Shown here one piece after another: positions 8,210 to 18,757 of a stretch of DNA of 21,032 nt. Position 1 is the stretch's first letter. Each line of letters opens with the position of its first letter. The translations under genes were made by a program, and so were the position numbers. Under the pieces are notes generated by a model. That model was not told the origin of the DNA. It saw only the letters and a program-made list of their open reading frames with translations, and ran no database searches. Origin of the DNA: an uncultured Methanosarcinaceae archaeon (GTDB lineage Archaea > Halobacteriota > Methanosarcinia > Methanosarcinales > Methanosarcinaceae); contig CAVRJG010000018.1 in assembly GCA_963721455.1 (NCBI GenBank), positions 1 through 21,032 of the forward strand. Direction: 5' to 3'.

Positions 8210-9196
8210 ATGAAAAAAATCGGGATCATAATCACTGACCCGGAAGACTGGACAGCCCGGGCACTTATGAATGAAGCGAGGAAAAAAGGCTTTTCTCCTT
8301 TTGCTCTGGATCTCAGGGCCGCAGAGGTTGACATAAATTCGGCAGCTGCTAAATCGGCAGCCAGGAGATCAACAGTTGTCTTTAAAGTGGGAGATATGAA
8401 TCTCTGTGACCTTGATGCCATCATTGTAAGAGATGCAGGTGCAGGGACCTTCGAAGGAGTATCTTTCAGGTTTGATATCCTGAGGGAACTGGAAGCCGAA
8501 GGCATCCCGGTTATTAACTCTCCTGAGGCTATACGAAATGCCGCAAATAAATACCATGCTTCCTATCTCCTGGAAAAAGCCGGACTGCCTACACCCAAAA
8601 CTATAGCAGTACAGAGTGTAGAGGCGGCCCTTGAGGCAATATCAGGGTTCGGAGATGCCGTCATAAAGCCTGTATTCGGGTACAAGGGAAAGGACATTGC
8701 AAGAGTTAAGGATGGGGAAATCCGGTTTTCGGATAGGAAAGCAGAATCCTTATCCCTGGAAGCGAATCTTCAAAAGCTGCTTGAAGAGAGAGGGATGCTG
8801 TATATACAGAAGTTCGTAGAGAACCCGGGAAGGGATATCAGAGCCTTTGTTGTTGGCGGTACTGCTATCGGGGCTATTTACCGTAAAGCTGCATCAGGTT
8901 CCTGGGTTAATAACCTGAGCCAGGGAGGAAGCGCAGACCGTTGTGTGCTTACCGAAGAACAAAAAGAAATTGCAGAAAAGGCTTCCCTGGCAATAGGCAC
9001 AGTTTTTGCAGGTGTTGACATTATAGAAAGTTTGACGAACAATCTTAATAAAGAAATTGACAGTGATTACAGCAACACAAAAGAAGAATCTCGAGTCCTT
9101 GAGGTCAATGGAACACCATCGGGAAAAGGTATTTTTGATGCATGGGGCATAAACCCTGCCGGATATATTCTGGAGTACATAAAAGATATGTTATGA
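8210..9196 (+). CDS. mptN: RimK-family ATP-grasp alpha-L-glutamate ligase, probably tetrahydromethanopterin:alpha-L-glutamate ligase
   Basis: ATP-grasp motifs [34 protein letters not shown] and EVNGTP. The family is secure. MptN rather than CofF or RimK is inferred from the methanogen context. Confidence 0.7.
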   Translation: MKKIGIIITDPEDWTARALMNEARKKGFSPFALDLRAAEVDINSAAAKSAARRSTVVFKVGDMNLCDLDAIIVRDAGAGTFEGVSFRFDILRELEAEGIPVINSPEAIRNAANKYHASYLLEKAGLPTPKTIAVQSVEAALEAISGFGDAVIKPVFGYKGKDIARVKDGEIRFSDRKAESLSLEANLQKLLEERGMLYIQKFVENPGRDIRAFVVGGTAIGAIYRKAASGSWVNNLSQGGSADRCVLTEEQKEIAEKASLAIGTVFAGVDIIESLTNNLNKEIDSDYSNTKEESRVLEVNGTPSGKGIFDAWGINPAGYILEYIKDML

Positions 9197-9400
9197 AAAA
9201 ATTATAAATGATGTCAGTCATAAATAATATCATACACGTTTTAGAAAGAGTTAAAAGATAACATTTACTTTGAGACCGGATCGGCCATACTATAAGTGGT
9301 CTGAATATGAATATAAAAATCGATATTCAAAACAGATCCGGATAGCCGCACCGAAAAGGTTTAAGAAATAGGCGGACCTTGAATAAACCCGAGGCAAAGG

Positions 9401-9748
9401 ATGAGTGAATATAAACAGTGTATAGTTACCCGGGACGACCTGAAGCTTTCCAAAGGCAAGTTTGCAGTACAGGTAGCCCACGCGGCCATTTCTGCTGCAG
9501 AATGGGCAAGCAAAGGCGATCTTGAAAAGTGGAAAGAAGGCGGGCAGAAAAAAGTTGTCCTGAAAGTTCCCACCCTTAACGACCTTTACGAGCTTAAAGA
9601 AAAGGCAAGAAGGGAAGGACTTCCTACTGCTCTTATACAGGATGCAGGGCTTACGGAAATTCCGTCGGGAACAGTCACAGTCCTTGGAATCGGGCCGGCA
9701 AAAGAAGAACTTATAGATAAAATTACGCGGGACCTTAAACTTGTTTAA
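9401..9748 (+). CDS. pth2: Peptidyl-tRNA hydrolase Pth2 (archaeal/eukaryotic type)
   Basis: Motifs [34 protein letters not shown] and [19 protein letters not shown]. Confidence 0.96.
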   Translation: MSEYKQCIVTRDDLKLSKGKFAVQVAHAAISAAEWASKGDLEKWKEGGQKKVVLKVPTLNDLYELKEKARREGLPTALIQDAGLTEIPSGTVTVLGIGPAKEELIDKITRDLKLV

Positions 9749-9880
9749 GTGCCGGAAGCCTGAAAACCAGGTTTAGAAAGCCTGCACTAAAATGAAGCTG
9801 AGCAGAGACTATCTATATGATATCCTGTTTGACCGGTCAGGAAAGAGGTTCTGCCTGTGTTTTTGTTCAGGAGGGGACCA

Positions 9881-10522
9881 ATGAGGGATTCAAGGATTTC
9901 AGGAAAAAAGGCAGCCTCGATAACTGCTGTTTTATGCGTATGCCTTGTATTTGCCACAATGACCGGCGTACTGTCTTCAGATGCGATTGATAATTTTAAG
10001 GATGAGGTAAGAGGTTACATTGTCTCAGGACTGGACCAAAAAAGTCAGGAGAGCGTTTTTACGCCTCAACCGGCTTCATTTACTTTCCCGGCAATACCCA
10101 AGTATTCCCCCACGAAAAGCGAACATGCTCCTGTCCTGAGGACCCCGTTGCAGCCCGGCTTCTCTCTGAGCAGCAATTATCAGACCTCAGAGTTTTTTCA
10201 GGGCGGAGTAAATTATATAAGAATCAGTATCAAAAATGAAGGCCGAAACCCGATCTTTATTGACAGGTACGGGATTTCGGTTAATGCCTCCGAAAACCGG
10301 ATTTATTCGGAAGACTGTGGAGTTTTGCTTTCCCCCAGCGAAGAGCAGAATCTCGGAGTAATCGCAGTTCAGATTCCTGAAGAAGAAAAAGCCAGCTTTA
10401 ATATCGTCCTCTGGCTGCTTGCCTCGTCCTCGGAAGGCAAATGGCACGAATACGAGCCATATTCCCTTAAAGAATTTACTGTAGATCTGAAGCCAATGCT
10501 CGAGAAATTTGCTCCTAAGTAA
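9881..10522 (+). CDS. Membrane-anchored or secreted hypothetical protein, apparently truncated at the palindrome centre
   Basis: ATG 9881 follows a GGAGGGG RBS (the ORF track extends to GTG 9857). N-terminal hydrophobic helix followed by a beta-rich region. The stop TAA (10520-10522) lies inside the first bases of the inverted arm, so it is probably created by the junction. Confidence 0.7.
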   Translation: MRDSRISGKKAASITAVLCVCLVFATMTGVLSSDAIDNFKDEVRGYIVSGLDQKSQESVFTPQPASFTFPAIPKYSPTKSEHAPVLRTPLQPGFSLSSNYQTSEFFQGGVNYIRISIKNEGRNPIFIDRYGISVNASENRIYSEDCGVLLSPSEEQNLGVIAVQIPEEEKASFNIVLWLLASSSEGKWHEYEPYSLKEFTVDLKPMLEKFAPK

Positions 10523-11105
10523 ATTCTTTAAGGGAATATGGCTCGTATTCGTGCCATTTGCCTTCCGAGGACGAGGCAAGCAGCCAGAGGACGATATTAA
10601 AGCGCTTTTCTTCTTCAGGAATCTGAACTGCGATTACTCCGAGATTCTGCTCTTCGCTGGGGGAAAGCAAAACTCCACAGTCTTCCGAATAAGTCCGGTT
10701 TTCGGAGGCATTAACCGAAATCCAGTACCTGTCAATAAAGATCGGGTTTCGGCCTTCATTTTTGATACTGATTCTTATATAATTTACTCCGCCCTGAAAA
10801 AACTGTAGAATTATGATAATTGCTGCTCAGAACCCCGGCTGCAACAGGGGTCCTCGGACAGGACATGTTGTTTCGTGGGGGAATACTTGGGTATTCAGGG
10901 AAAGTAAATGAAGCCGGTTGAGGCGTAAAAAACGCTCTCCTGTTTTCGTCCAGTCCTGAGACAATGTAACCTCTTACCTCATCCTTAAAATTATCGATGA
11001 GTATCTGAAGACGGCTGCGCCGGTCATTGTGGCAAATACAAGGCATACGCATAAAACAGCAGTTATCGAGGCTGCCTTTTTTCCTGAAATCCTTGAATCC
11101 CTCAT
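10518..11105 (-). pseudogene. Inverted, frameshifted copy of the 9881 gene
   Basis: Reverse complement of 9881-10480 with many indels. Probably sequencing error rather than true decay. Confidence 0.75.
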
Positions 11106-11241
11106 TGGTCCCCTCCTGAACAAAAACACAGGCAGAACCTCTTTCCTGACCGGTCAAACAGGATATCATATAGGATCAGTCTCTGCTCAGCTTCATTTTA
11201 GTGCAGGCTTTCTAAACCTAGGTTTTCAGGCTTCCGGCACT

Positions 11242-11583
11242 TTAAACAAGTTTAAGGTCCCGCGTAATTTTATCTATAAGTTCTTCTTTTGCCGCCCGAT
11301 TCCAAGGACTGTAGCTGTTCCCGACGGAATTTCCGTAAGCCCTGCATCCTGTATAAGAGCAGTAGGAAGTCCTTCCCTTCTTGCCTTTTCTTTAAGCTCG
11401 TAAAGGTCGTTAAGGGTGGGAACTTTCAGGACAACTTTTTTCTGCCCGCCTCTTTCACTTTTCGAGATCGCCTTTGCTTGCCCATTCTGCAGCAGAAATG
11501 GCCGCGTGGGCTACCTGTACTCCAAACTTGCCCTTGAAAGCAGTTTCATCCCGGGTAACTATACACTGTTTATATTCACTCAT
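11242..11583 (-). pseudogene. pth2: Inverted, frameshifted copy of pth2
   Basis: Reverse complement of 9401-9748 with small indels and no intact ORF. Confidence 0.8.
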
Positions 11584-11793
11584 CCTTTGCCTCGGGTTTA
11601 TTCAAGGTCCGCCTATTTCTTTAAACCTTTTCGGTGCGGCTATCCGGATATTGTTTTTAATATCGATTTTTATATTCATATTCAGACCACTTTTTATAGT
11701 ATGGCCGATCCGGTCTCAAAGTAAATGTTATCTTTTAACTCTTTCTAAAACGTGTATTGATATTATTTATGACTGACATCATTTATAATTTTT

Positions 11794-12740
11794 TCATAAC
11801 ATATCTTTTATGTACTCCAGAATATATACGGCAGGTTTTATGCCCATGCATTCAAAAATACCTTTCCGATGGTGTTCCATTGACCTCAAAGAACTCGAGA
11901 TTCTTCTTTTGTGTTGCTATAATCACTGTCAATTTCTTTTATTAATTATTCAGTCAAACTTTCTATAATGTCAACACCTGCAAAAACTGTGCCTATTGCC
12001 AGGGGAAGCCTTTTCTGCAATTTCTTTTTGTTCTTCGGTAGACCGCGACATTATACGCTTTCCTCCCTGGCTCAGGTTATTAACCCAGAATTTTCGGTAA
12101 ATAGCCCCACTGCCAACAACAAAGGCTCTGATATCCCTTCCCGGGTTCTCTACGAACTTCTGTATATACAGCATCCCTCTTCTCTTCAAGCAGCTTTTGA
12201 AGATTCGCTTCCAGGGATAAGGATTCTGCTTTCCTATCCGAAAACCGGATTTCTTAACTCTTGCAATGTCCTTCCCTGTACCCGAATACGGCTTGTGGCG
12301 GCATCTCCAAACCCTGATATTGTGTCAAGGGCCGCCTCTACACTCTGTACTGCTATAGTTTTGGGTGTAGGCAGTCACTTTCCAGGAGATAGGAACATCA
12401 TATTATTTGCGGCATTTCGTATAGCCTCAGAAAGTCCATAACCGGGATGCCTTCAGCTTCCAGTTCCCTCGGCCATGGAATATGAAAGATACTCCTTCGA
12501 AGGTCCCTGCACCTGCATCTCTTACAATGATGGCATCAAGGTCACAGAGATTCATATCTCCCACTTTAAAGACAAGCTGTTGATCTCCTGGCTGCCGATT
12601 TAGCAGCTGCCGAATTTATGTCGACCTCTGCGGCCCTGAGATCCAGAGCAAAAGGAGAAAAGCCTTTTTTCCTCGCTTCATTCATAAGTGCCCGGGCTGT
12701 CCAGTCTTCCGGGTCCGTGACATGATCCCGATTTTTTCAT
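11794..12740 (-). pseudogene. mptN: Inverted, frameshifted copy of the RimK/MptN ligase
   Basis: Reverse complement of 8210-9196. The fragment [22 protein letters not shown] is retained, with several multi-base deletions. Confidence 0.8.
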
Positions 12741-12891
12741 AAGGTATCATCTCAAGGATACCAGATCAAGTTTACGATAAGGGGATATGGGAGGCTTTCC
12801 AACTATCTCATTGAATGGATTTAGATAAGGTAATTAACTTCTCAGCAGGCCTACGGCTTCTCAGTAAACCTGCAGGGTTCCGAGTTTACTT

Positions 12892-13272
12892 TCAGTTCTG
12901 CTCTGGAAGAGCCCTGCTTTTTGCGGTACTCGTTGATTGCCCTGTGGATAGCTTCCCTGGAAACGACTGAGCACTCCCAGTTCCGGGAGGCAGTCCCTCG
13001 GAGGACTCGGCGACTGCTTCGTTTGTAAGCTCCCAGGCTTCTTTAAGGGTCTTGCCTATCAGTTCAGTTGCCATGCTGCTGGATCCAATTGCTGCTGCAC
13101 AGCCGAAAGTCTTGAACTTCACATCTTCTATTCTGTCAGATCCGGATTTTCAGGAAAATTTTCATGTAGTCCCCATGTGGTTTCCGGCTTCTCCAATTCC
13201 GTCAGCATGTTTTCAATTTCCCCTACGTTTCTCGGGTCCATGAAATCGAACCCATGACTTTTTATTATACAC
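12892..13272 (-). pseudogene. iscU: Inverted, frameshifted copy of iscU
   Basis: Fragment KFKTFGCAAAIGSSSMATEL. Reverse complement of 7670-8059. Confidence 0.8.
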
Positions 13273-13309
13273 AAAATTCCCCATTCTACATTCTCATACG
13301 CTTTTTACT

Positions 13310-14430
13310 CTATTTCTCACATGCAGTTGCCGGTTTATAGAAAGGAGACATAGCCCTCAGCTTTCCGACGGTTTCAGGCAAAACTTCCAGTACATAATCA
13401 ACGTCTTCTTCGGAGTTTTCATCCCCGAGGGTCAGGCGAAGGGAACCCTGAATTCCCGGAGGCAGCCCTATTGCCCTGAGCACATGCGAGAGTTCAAGAG
13501 AACCTGAAGAACAGGCACTGCCTGTGGAACTGCAGATCCCCATCTGGGTCCGCGAGTAGAAGCAGAGATTCGCCTTCGATATACTCAAAACTGAAGTTCA
13601 GGTTATCCGGAAACACTTTTGCAGGATCCGTTCGACCTCCAGTCCGGAATTTCCAGGATTCCGGCAAGGAGGCGGTCTTTCATTTTTCTTGTCCTTTCAT
13701 TGTGCTTCTCAAGATTTGCTGCTGCAAGCTGGATTGTCCCAGGCCTACGATACTGTACAACATATTCTCAGGGTTCCTGCTCCGTTTTTTGCGCTCCTGA
13801 CCGCCTCCATGCATGTAATTATCGATCTCCGTCCCTTCCCGCAGATAAAGGGCTCCAATCCCTTTCGGTCCGTAGAACTTATGGGAAGAAAGGGAAAGCA
13901 TATCCCACGCTCCTGTCTCTTTCTTCTTCATCTCAACGGGGATTTTACCTATAACCTGTACGGTTCGCATCGTTATGGAAAGGAATCCCATGCTCCTTCG
14001 CAATCTCACCTATCTCAGGAATCGGTTCTATAGTCCCGATTTCATTATTGGCGTACATAACCGAGATCAGGTAGGTATTGTTCCTGATTGTAGGCTTGAA
14101 AGATTCAAGCCCGTACCTGTCTACAGGCAGATAGCTTCACATCAAAACCCTTTGTTTCCAAGATCCTCAGGATAAAGACACTGCATGGTGTTCGATTGGC
14201 GTGGTGATAATATGTTTTCCCTTCTGTTGCCTTGCAAAAGCTGTTCCTTGATAGCCCAGTTGTCGGACTCAGGCGGCTTCTATTGCCTCTTTGCCTTCTC
14301 TTCCTATTGAGTACAGGGAAGAAGGATTCCCGAAACGTTCTTTCAAAAAAGGCAGCGTGGCCCAACGACTTCAGGTTTTGTGAAAGTAGTGGCTGCGTCA
14401 GTGCCCTGTAAACAAAGCACTTCTCCCCGT
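13310..14430 (-). pseudogene. iscS: Inverted, frameshifted copy of iscS with a ~65-bp deletion near 14271
   Basis: Fragments SSHKFYGPKG and STGSACSS are in different frames. Left-arm ~6601-6666 has no counterpart. Confidence 0.82.
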
Positions 14431-14544
14431 CAGAACCCCCTATGAAAATAGGGGTTTGCGCAATATGAATTTATTGTGTCACATACTGTTTCCTTGAGTT
14501 CTGTCCCTCTGAAATTTGTAAATAAGCTTTATTTATATTGAAAA

Positions 14545-14992
14545 GACATAACCCTTCTAGCGAAAAACTGTGTTATTCTGGCACAGCTGGGGAGATAAAC
14601 GAGGATGACCAGGCTACAGATCCTGGACAAAACTTCCTGAGTGCTCTGTATGATGGAAAGCGCGGGGTTCCCGAATGGCACACTTTATGGAGAGTTTATA
14701 CTGTCTCTGATCAAGACATGGCTGTAGACCTGGCTCGCCGTATGAAGGAACAGCACTGGCCGCCATCAGTAGTACAGCTACACATTTAACAGGCTGTCGG
14801 GCTTTACCCCACATCAGCGACGTAGGGCGACGCAAGTGTTTCACCGCCATACGACGGACTGAACAGGAAGGTATACGGTTACACGATAGAGTTCGGTCAG
14901 GAATTTGTTCCGCCTTTTAGCGAGATAGGCAACGTATCAAAGATATCTGCGCTGCGATGAGTGAACTTTGCTGGGCCGTCGCTGGGCTATAA
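14545..14992 (+). pseudogene. Inverted, further frameshifted copy of the M14 carboxypeptidase fragment
   Basis: DDQATDPGQNFL and VDLARRMK are retained. Mirror of 5866-6320. Confidence 0.65.
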
Positions 14993-15443
14993 GCAGTGAT
15001 GCCATAGGCGGTCGTTTTCAAGATAAGTATCCTGAGTGAAGGGCTGGTCAGAGACAAGTAATAGTAAGGCAAATAACTGCAGTTAATGGATTAGCAGGGG
15101 CTACTGTACTCTATAAAACCGTGAAAATCCATGCCATTTATATGGTGCATATTTGCTCTGGTAGTCGCGCCTGACCCCGCTGCGCCTTTCCGCAGGTACT
15201 TTTGTAATTTTTATATTTTTGTTGAAGTTCCCGATCGTTTGCCCAGGCAAGTATCAATAAATTTATTTTGTGTTAATCCTGTGCAATGGACCGTAGAGGT
15301 GAGTTACTGAAAATCGTAAGCATGAGAATTTTTCTACCTTTTTCCCAAACATAGAGGGACATGCTCGATTTTTTCAGATTTCATCGATAACTCACGGAAC
15401 ACGAGACCAATTCTTAAACTCATACTTCTTCTATGTGCTTCTG

Positions 15444-15616
15444 GTCCTGCATCGATTCCATATATCCTCAATAAACCACGGATAAACACAGATTGGCGCG
15501 ACACGTTGGCTTCAATTCGTGTTTATCCGTTTCCGTCTATGGTTTTTTATGGGATACCCATTTACCAGTGTTGATTTCAACGTCCAGTTTTAGTTCCATA
15601 ATTTGGAATCTATGCA
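15444..15616. mobile_element. 173-bp MITE-like insertion present only in the right arm
   Basis: Ends TGCATCGATTCCATAT ... ATTTGGAATCTATGCA form a 14/16 inverted match. Internal inverted repeat ACGGATAAACAC ... GTGTTTATCCGT. The left arm has only CTTAACGG (5416-5423) at the equivalent site. Confidence 0.55.
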
Positions 15617-15747
15617 CTAGGATATCGGTAAATAATAACAAAAAGTGTACTCTGATTGTAAATAATATTTTTTCCTATACTATATCGAACGAAGAGAGAG
15701 AAAACGTTAGATCATTTTGGTAAACCAAAATGTGCATTTTCAATCAG

Positions 15748-16214
15748 GTGGAGGAAAAACAAACCTTGCTAAAGAGTTCTCAATTATTCTGATCATATAT
15801 TTCCTGGGCGAACTGATTCAGAAAATCTGCATCCGATTCCCCGGTAACGTCATGGGAATGCTCATCCTTTTCTTAGGCCTGTATACTGGCATAATTAAAC
15901 TCAAGATGATAGGCAAAATAAGTGATTTTTTGCTTGATAACCTGGCTTTTTTCTTTCTTCCCGCAGGGGTCAGCCTTATAACCTGTTTTGGCCTGCTTGA
16001 AGGAAAATGGATTGAAGTTCTTAGAGTATCCATTATTTCCACCGTGAGTGACTCTTCGGTGTGACTGGGCTTACAGTGGAACTCATTAAAGAGTTTTTGC
16101 AGTTAGAAAGCAGGTAAAGGGCCACTGCTTGGGGAGAAATGGAAGCTCATCCTGAGAAATCAACCGGCAAAGACAAAGGTCTGCGAGAATAGAGTAGGCA
16201 GAAGAGGTAACTAA
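15748..16214 (+). pseudogene. cidA: Inverted, frameshifted copy of cidA/lrgA
   Basis: KEFSIILIIYFLGELIQK...FFLPAGVSLITCF is retained. The 3' part is divergent. Confidence 0.8.
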
Positions 16215-16215
16215 G

Positions 16216-16945
16216 ATGGAGATTGTATTTTTTCTAGAGACGAATTTCTCCATACACCCCTATTCGGGGTTTTACTCTCTTTAGCAGCTTTCCAGGTAGG
16301 CACTCTGCTGTATAAGAAAACCCGGCTTTCCATCCTTAACCGCTGCTTGTAGCTTCCGTACTTGTGATGGTTTTCCTCCTTTATTTCAGGAATAGATTTC
16401 GAGACTTACAATTTTGGAGGAGATTACATTTCGTTCTTTCTCGGGCCTGCGACAGTCGTTCTTGCAGTACCTCTTTATAAAACAATCCGGTTGCTGAAGA
16501 AGTAATGCCTTCCCGATCCTTGCAGGCATAATTGCAGGGGGTTGCGTAGCGGGAATTTCAAGCATTTTGATTCTTTCCAGCCTTCTAGGGCTTGATGAGG
16601 TGGTAAGCAAATCTCTGGCCCCCAAAATCCGTAACTACCCCTATTGGAATCGAGATTTCAAAACAGATCGGCGGCTTGCCTGCAATAACAGTGGCTGCAA
16701 TCGTAATCACCGGAATCACAGGTGCTGTCCTGGGGCCATTCATATGCCGCTTTTTCCGGATAAAAGACAGAGTCGCGGTCGGAGTTGCAATCGGCACTGC
16801 CCCGTCCCATGCTCTAGGAACAACGAGGGCAATAGAAGCTTGGAGAAACCGAGGGGGCAATGAGCGGGCTTGCAACGGAATAGCAGGGTTGATTACGGTC
16901 TTTTTGGTTCCTTTGCTTCTTTATATTTTCAAGTTCGTGTCTTAA
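16216..16945 (+). pseudogene. lrgB: Inverted, frameshifted and allelically divergent copy of lrgB
   Basis: PAITVAAIVITGITGAVLGPFICRFF is retained, with many third-position substitutions plus indels. Confidence 0.8.
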
Positions 16946-17303
16946 TGTTTCTATAATACATGCAGTCTCAGGAATACATGCAATCTCAGAAAAATCCAAT
17001 AAATAATGAATACAAAAATAAGGGAAAATTATATTTTTAGACGTGAATTTATTATTTTAAGATCCTATACATGAAGATGCGGAAAATCTGTACCCATATT
17101 TCCTTTCTTCCGGTTGCGGGTGTTTTCAGTGGTTCCAACTCATTTTATCGTCTCTAACCACGGAGGGCACAGGAGGGCACGGAAAACACTGAAAACTGAA
17201 CTTTATAAATTAGTCCGCTTGAGCGAGCAGAGCGAGTGAACGGACCCCGTGCTGTTGCGATTACATCGCAACTCCAGAAAATCTCCAATTTCCTGTGATC
17301 CCG

Positions 17304-17345
17304 AAGCGGAACTCGGGAAGCGGAACTCGGAAAGCGGAACTCGGG
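17304..17345. repeat. 14-bp tandem repeat (AAGCGGAACTCGGG), 3 copies; mirror of 3693-3774
   Basis: Counted directly. Fewer copies than in the left arm. Confidence 0.85.
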
Positions 17346-17385
17346 CGGGAAAACTGTACTGTCTTCTTATGCGATTTTTTACGGA

Positions 17386-17800
17386 TTATCTGAAATTCGT
17401 GTACATCTTCATTTGCCACTGGCCTCTTTCTATCTTTTTTCTTATGACCCCTTTTGCTATTCCTACATAGATTTTCCTGATCTGAGGTATCGCATGGAGA
17501 CCTATTATCGGACGGAAACCCGGAGTTAGAAGGGCAAAGCTCCCAATTAACACAAAGAGCCCGTGTAGGAGTTCATTTCCAGGCACATATCCCCTGTTCG
17601 TTGCTTACCTGGATCTCGCGGCGCAGGTGGAAGCCCTGGTTTTTTGCCGGGTATGCCCCCAACTTGCAGTTATCAGGATAATAAGTACCGTATTCAAGGC
17701 CGCCAATAATTCCTCCTATTTTGATAAGCAGGAAATCTACGATAAAAGGAATAATCAGGAAAACAGAGAAGAGTTTAAGAAACATGCTGGTCATTTTCAA
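17386..17800 (-). pseudogene. fxsA: Inverted, frameshifted copy of fxsA
   Basis: Split into 75-aa and 66-aa ORFs matching the N- and C-terminal parts of 3232-3651. Confidence 0.82.
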
Positions 17801-17862
17801 AACTTCGGATATTTATTGGATAATGATTAATGTTTATTAGGAGTACTAAAGGTTAGCTGCTA

Positions 17863-18101
17863 GCGACTATTCCCCTCATTGAAATGAGGGTCATCTATCA
17901 TTTCTATGAACAGATTGTGATCCCAATCTGAGAATATTTTTGGAAGCATTAATATCACGGTTGATAGATAATCCACCGAAAGGACAGTTGTGAGTTCTTT
18001 CTGATAGGTCTTTTTCTACCAACATACCATAATTTGAACACATCTTAGAAGTATTCTTTGGATCTACAAGTATTACACATCTACCAGCATTCTCAGCTTT
18101 A
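17863..18101 (-). mobile_element. tnpB: Inverted copy of the tnpB remnant and IS200/IS605 right end
   Basis: KAENAGRCVILVDPKNTSKMCSNYG...RDINASKNIL, with the hairpin CCCTCATT-GA-AATGAGGG at 17873-17890. Confidence 0.8.
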
Positions 18102-18160
18102 CCGTTAAGTTCAGGGCAGAACCAATGAAACTGTAGATGGAAAGAGAAAGAAAAATGATG

Positions 18161-18279
18161 CACATTTAGAACTGATACGCGTTTAGAACTTATATGCGTT
18201 TAGAACTTATATGCGTTTAGAACTTATATGCGTTTAGAACTTATATGCGTTTAGAACTTATATGCGTTTAGAACCGATA
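18161..18279. repeat. 17-bp tandem repeat, 7 copies; mirror of 2752-2870 with a different unit composition
   Basis: Five GCGTTTAGAACTTATA-type units are flanked by one ...CTGATA unit and one ...CCGATA unit. Confidence 0.95.
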
Positions 18280-18757
18280 CATATTTTTTATTGATTTTGA
18301 ATTTGCCTTCTTGAACTTCTATTTGCCGAATCCTGGTTTACTCCTCCGCCAGTGCCATTTATTCCCCTTCATTTTTAATTTATCTACTGGTTCTGTCATT
18401 TTAACCGGAGGCGTTAATTATTATGTTTTTATAGATACATATTTATTTTTTGCACATTTTCTTATTTTAACAAGCCTATTTTTAGCCTGCAAAACCCGTT
18501 TTGTCAGGAGAGTACTGTTGTTTTAAGCAGGCAGCTGTTTTATTTAACGATATAAAGGGATAGTCTGTTATACGATTGTTATAATATTACGTTCGTAACC
18601 TAGCGCACTATTAATGAACTAATATTACACCTGAGATTTTACGCACTACTCACGCACTAATATATTCTATCAAATGTAAAATATACTCCGGATGTTACAC
18701 TGATGGCTTAACCTATTCCCTAAAAAAAGGCATTTACTTTTCTGAGGTGCCGGATAT

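Noticed and set aside
728-9573. Numerous 60-160 aa antisense or alternate-frame ORFs in the ORF track, and their mirrors in the right arm
   Set aside because: They are shadows of well-supported genes and have no recognisable motifs.
10481-10517. Hairpin telomere of a linear plasmid, virus or Borg-like element
   Set aside because: The centre lies inside a coding sequence with a 37-nt unpaired loop, the content is chromosomal housekeeping, and no protelomerase, replication or virion genes are present. It is kept only as an unlikely alternative pending read data.
10518-17800. Programmed frameshifting, hypermutation (e.g. DGR) or pyrrolysine read-through explaining the broken right-arm genes
   Set aside because: The breaks are scattered indels and skips in every gene. 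They are not adenine-specific substitutions, slippery sites or in-frame TAG codons, and no reverse transcriptase is present.
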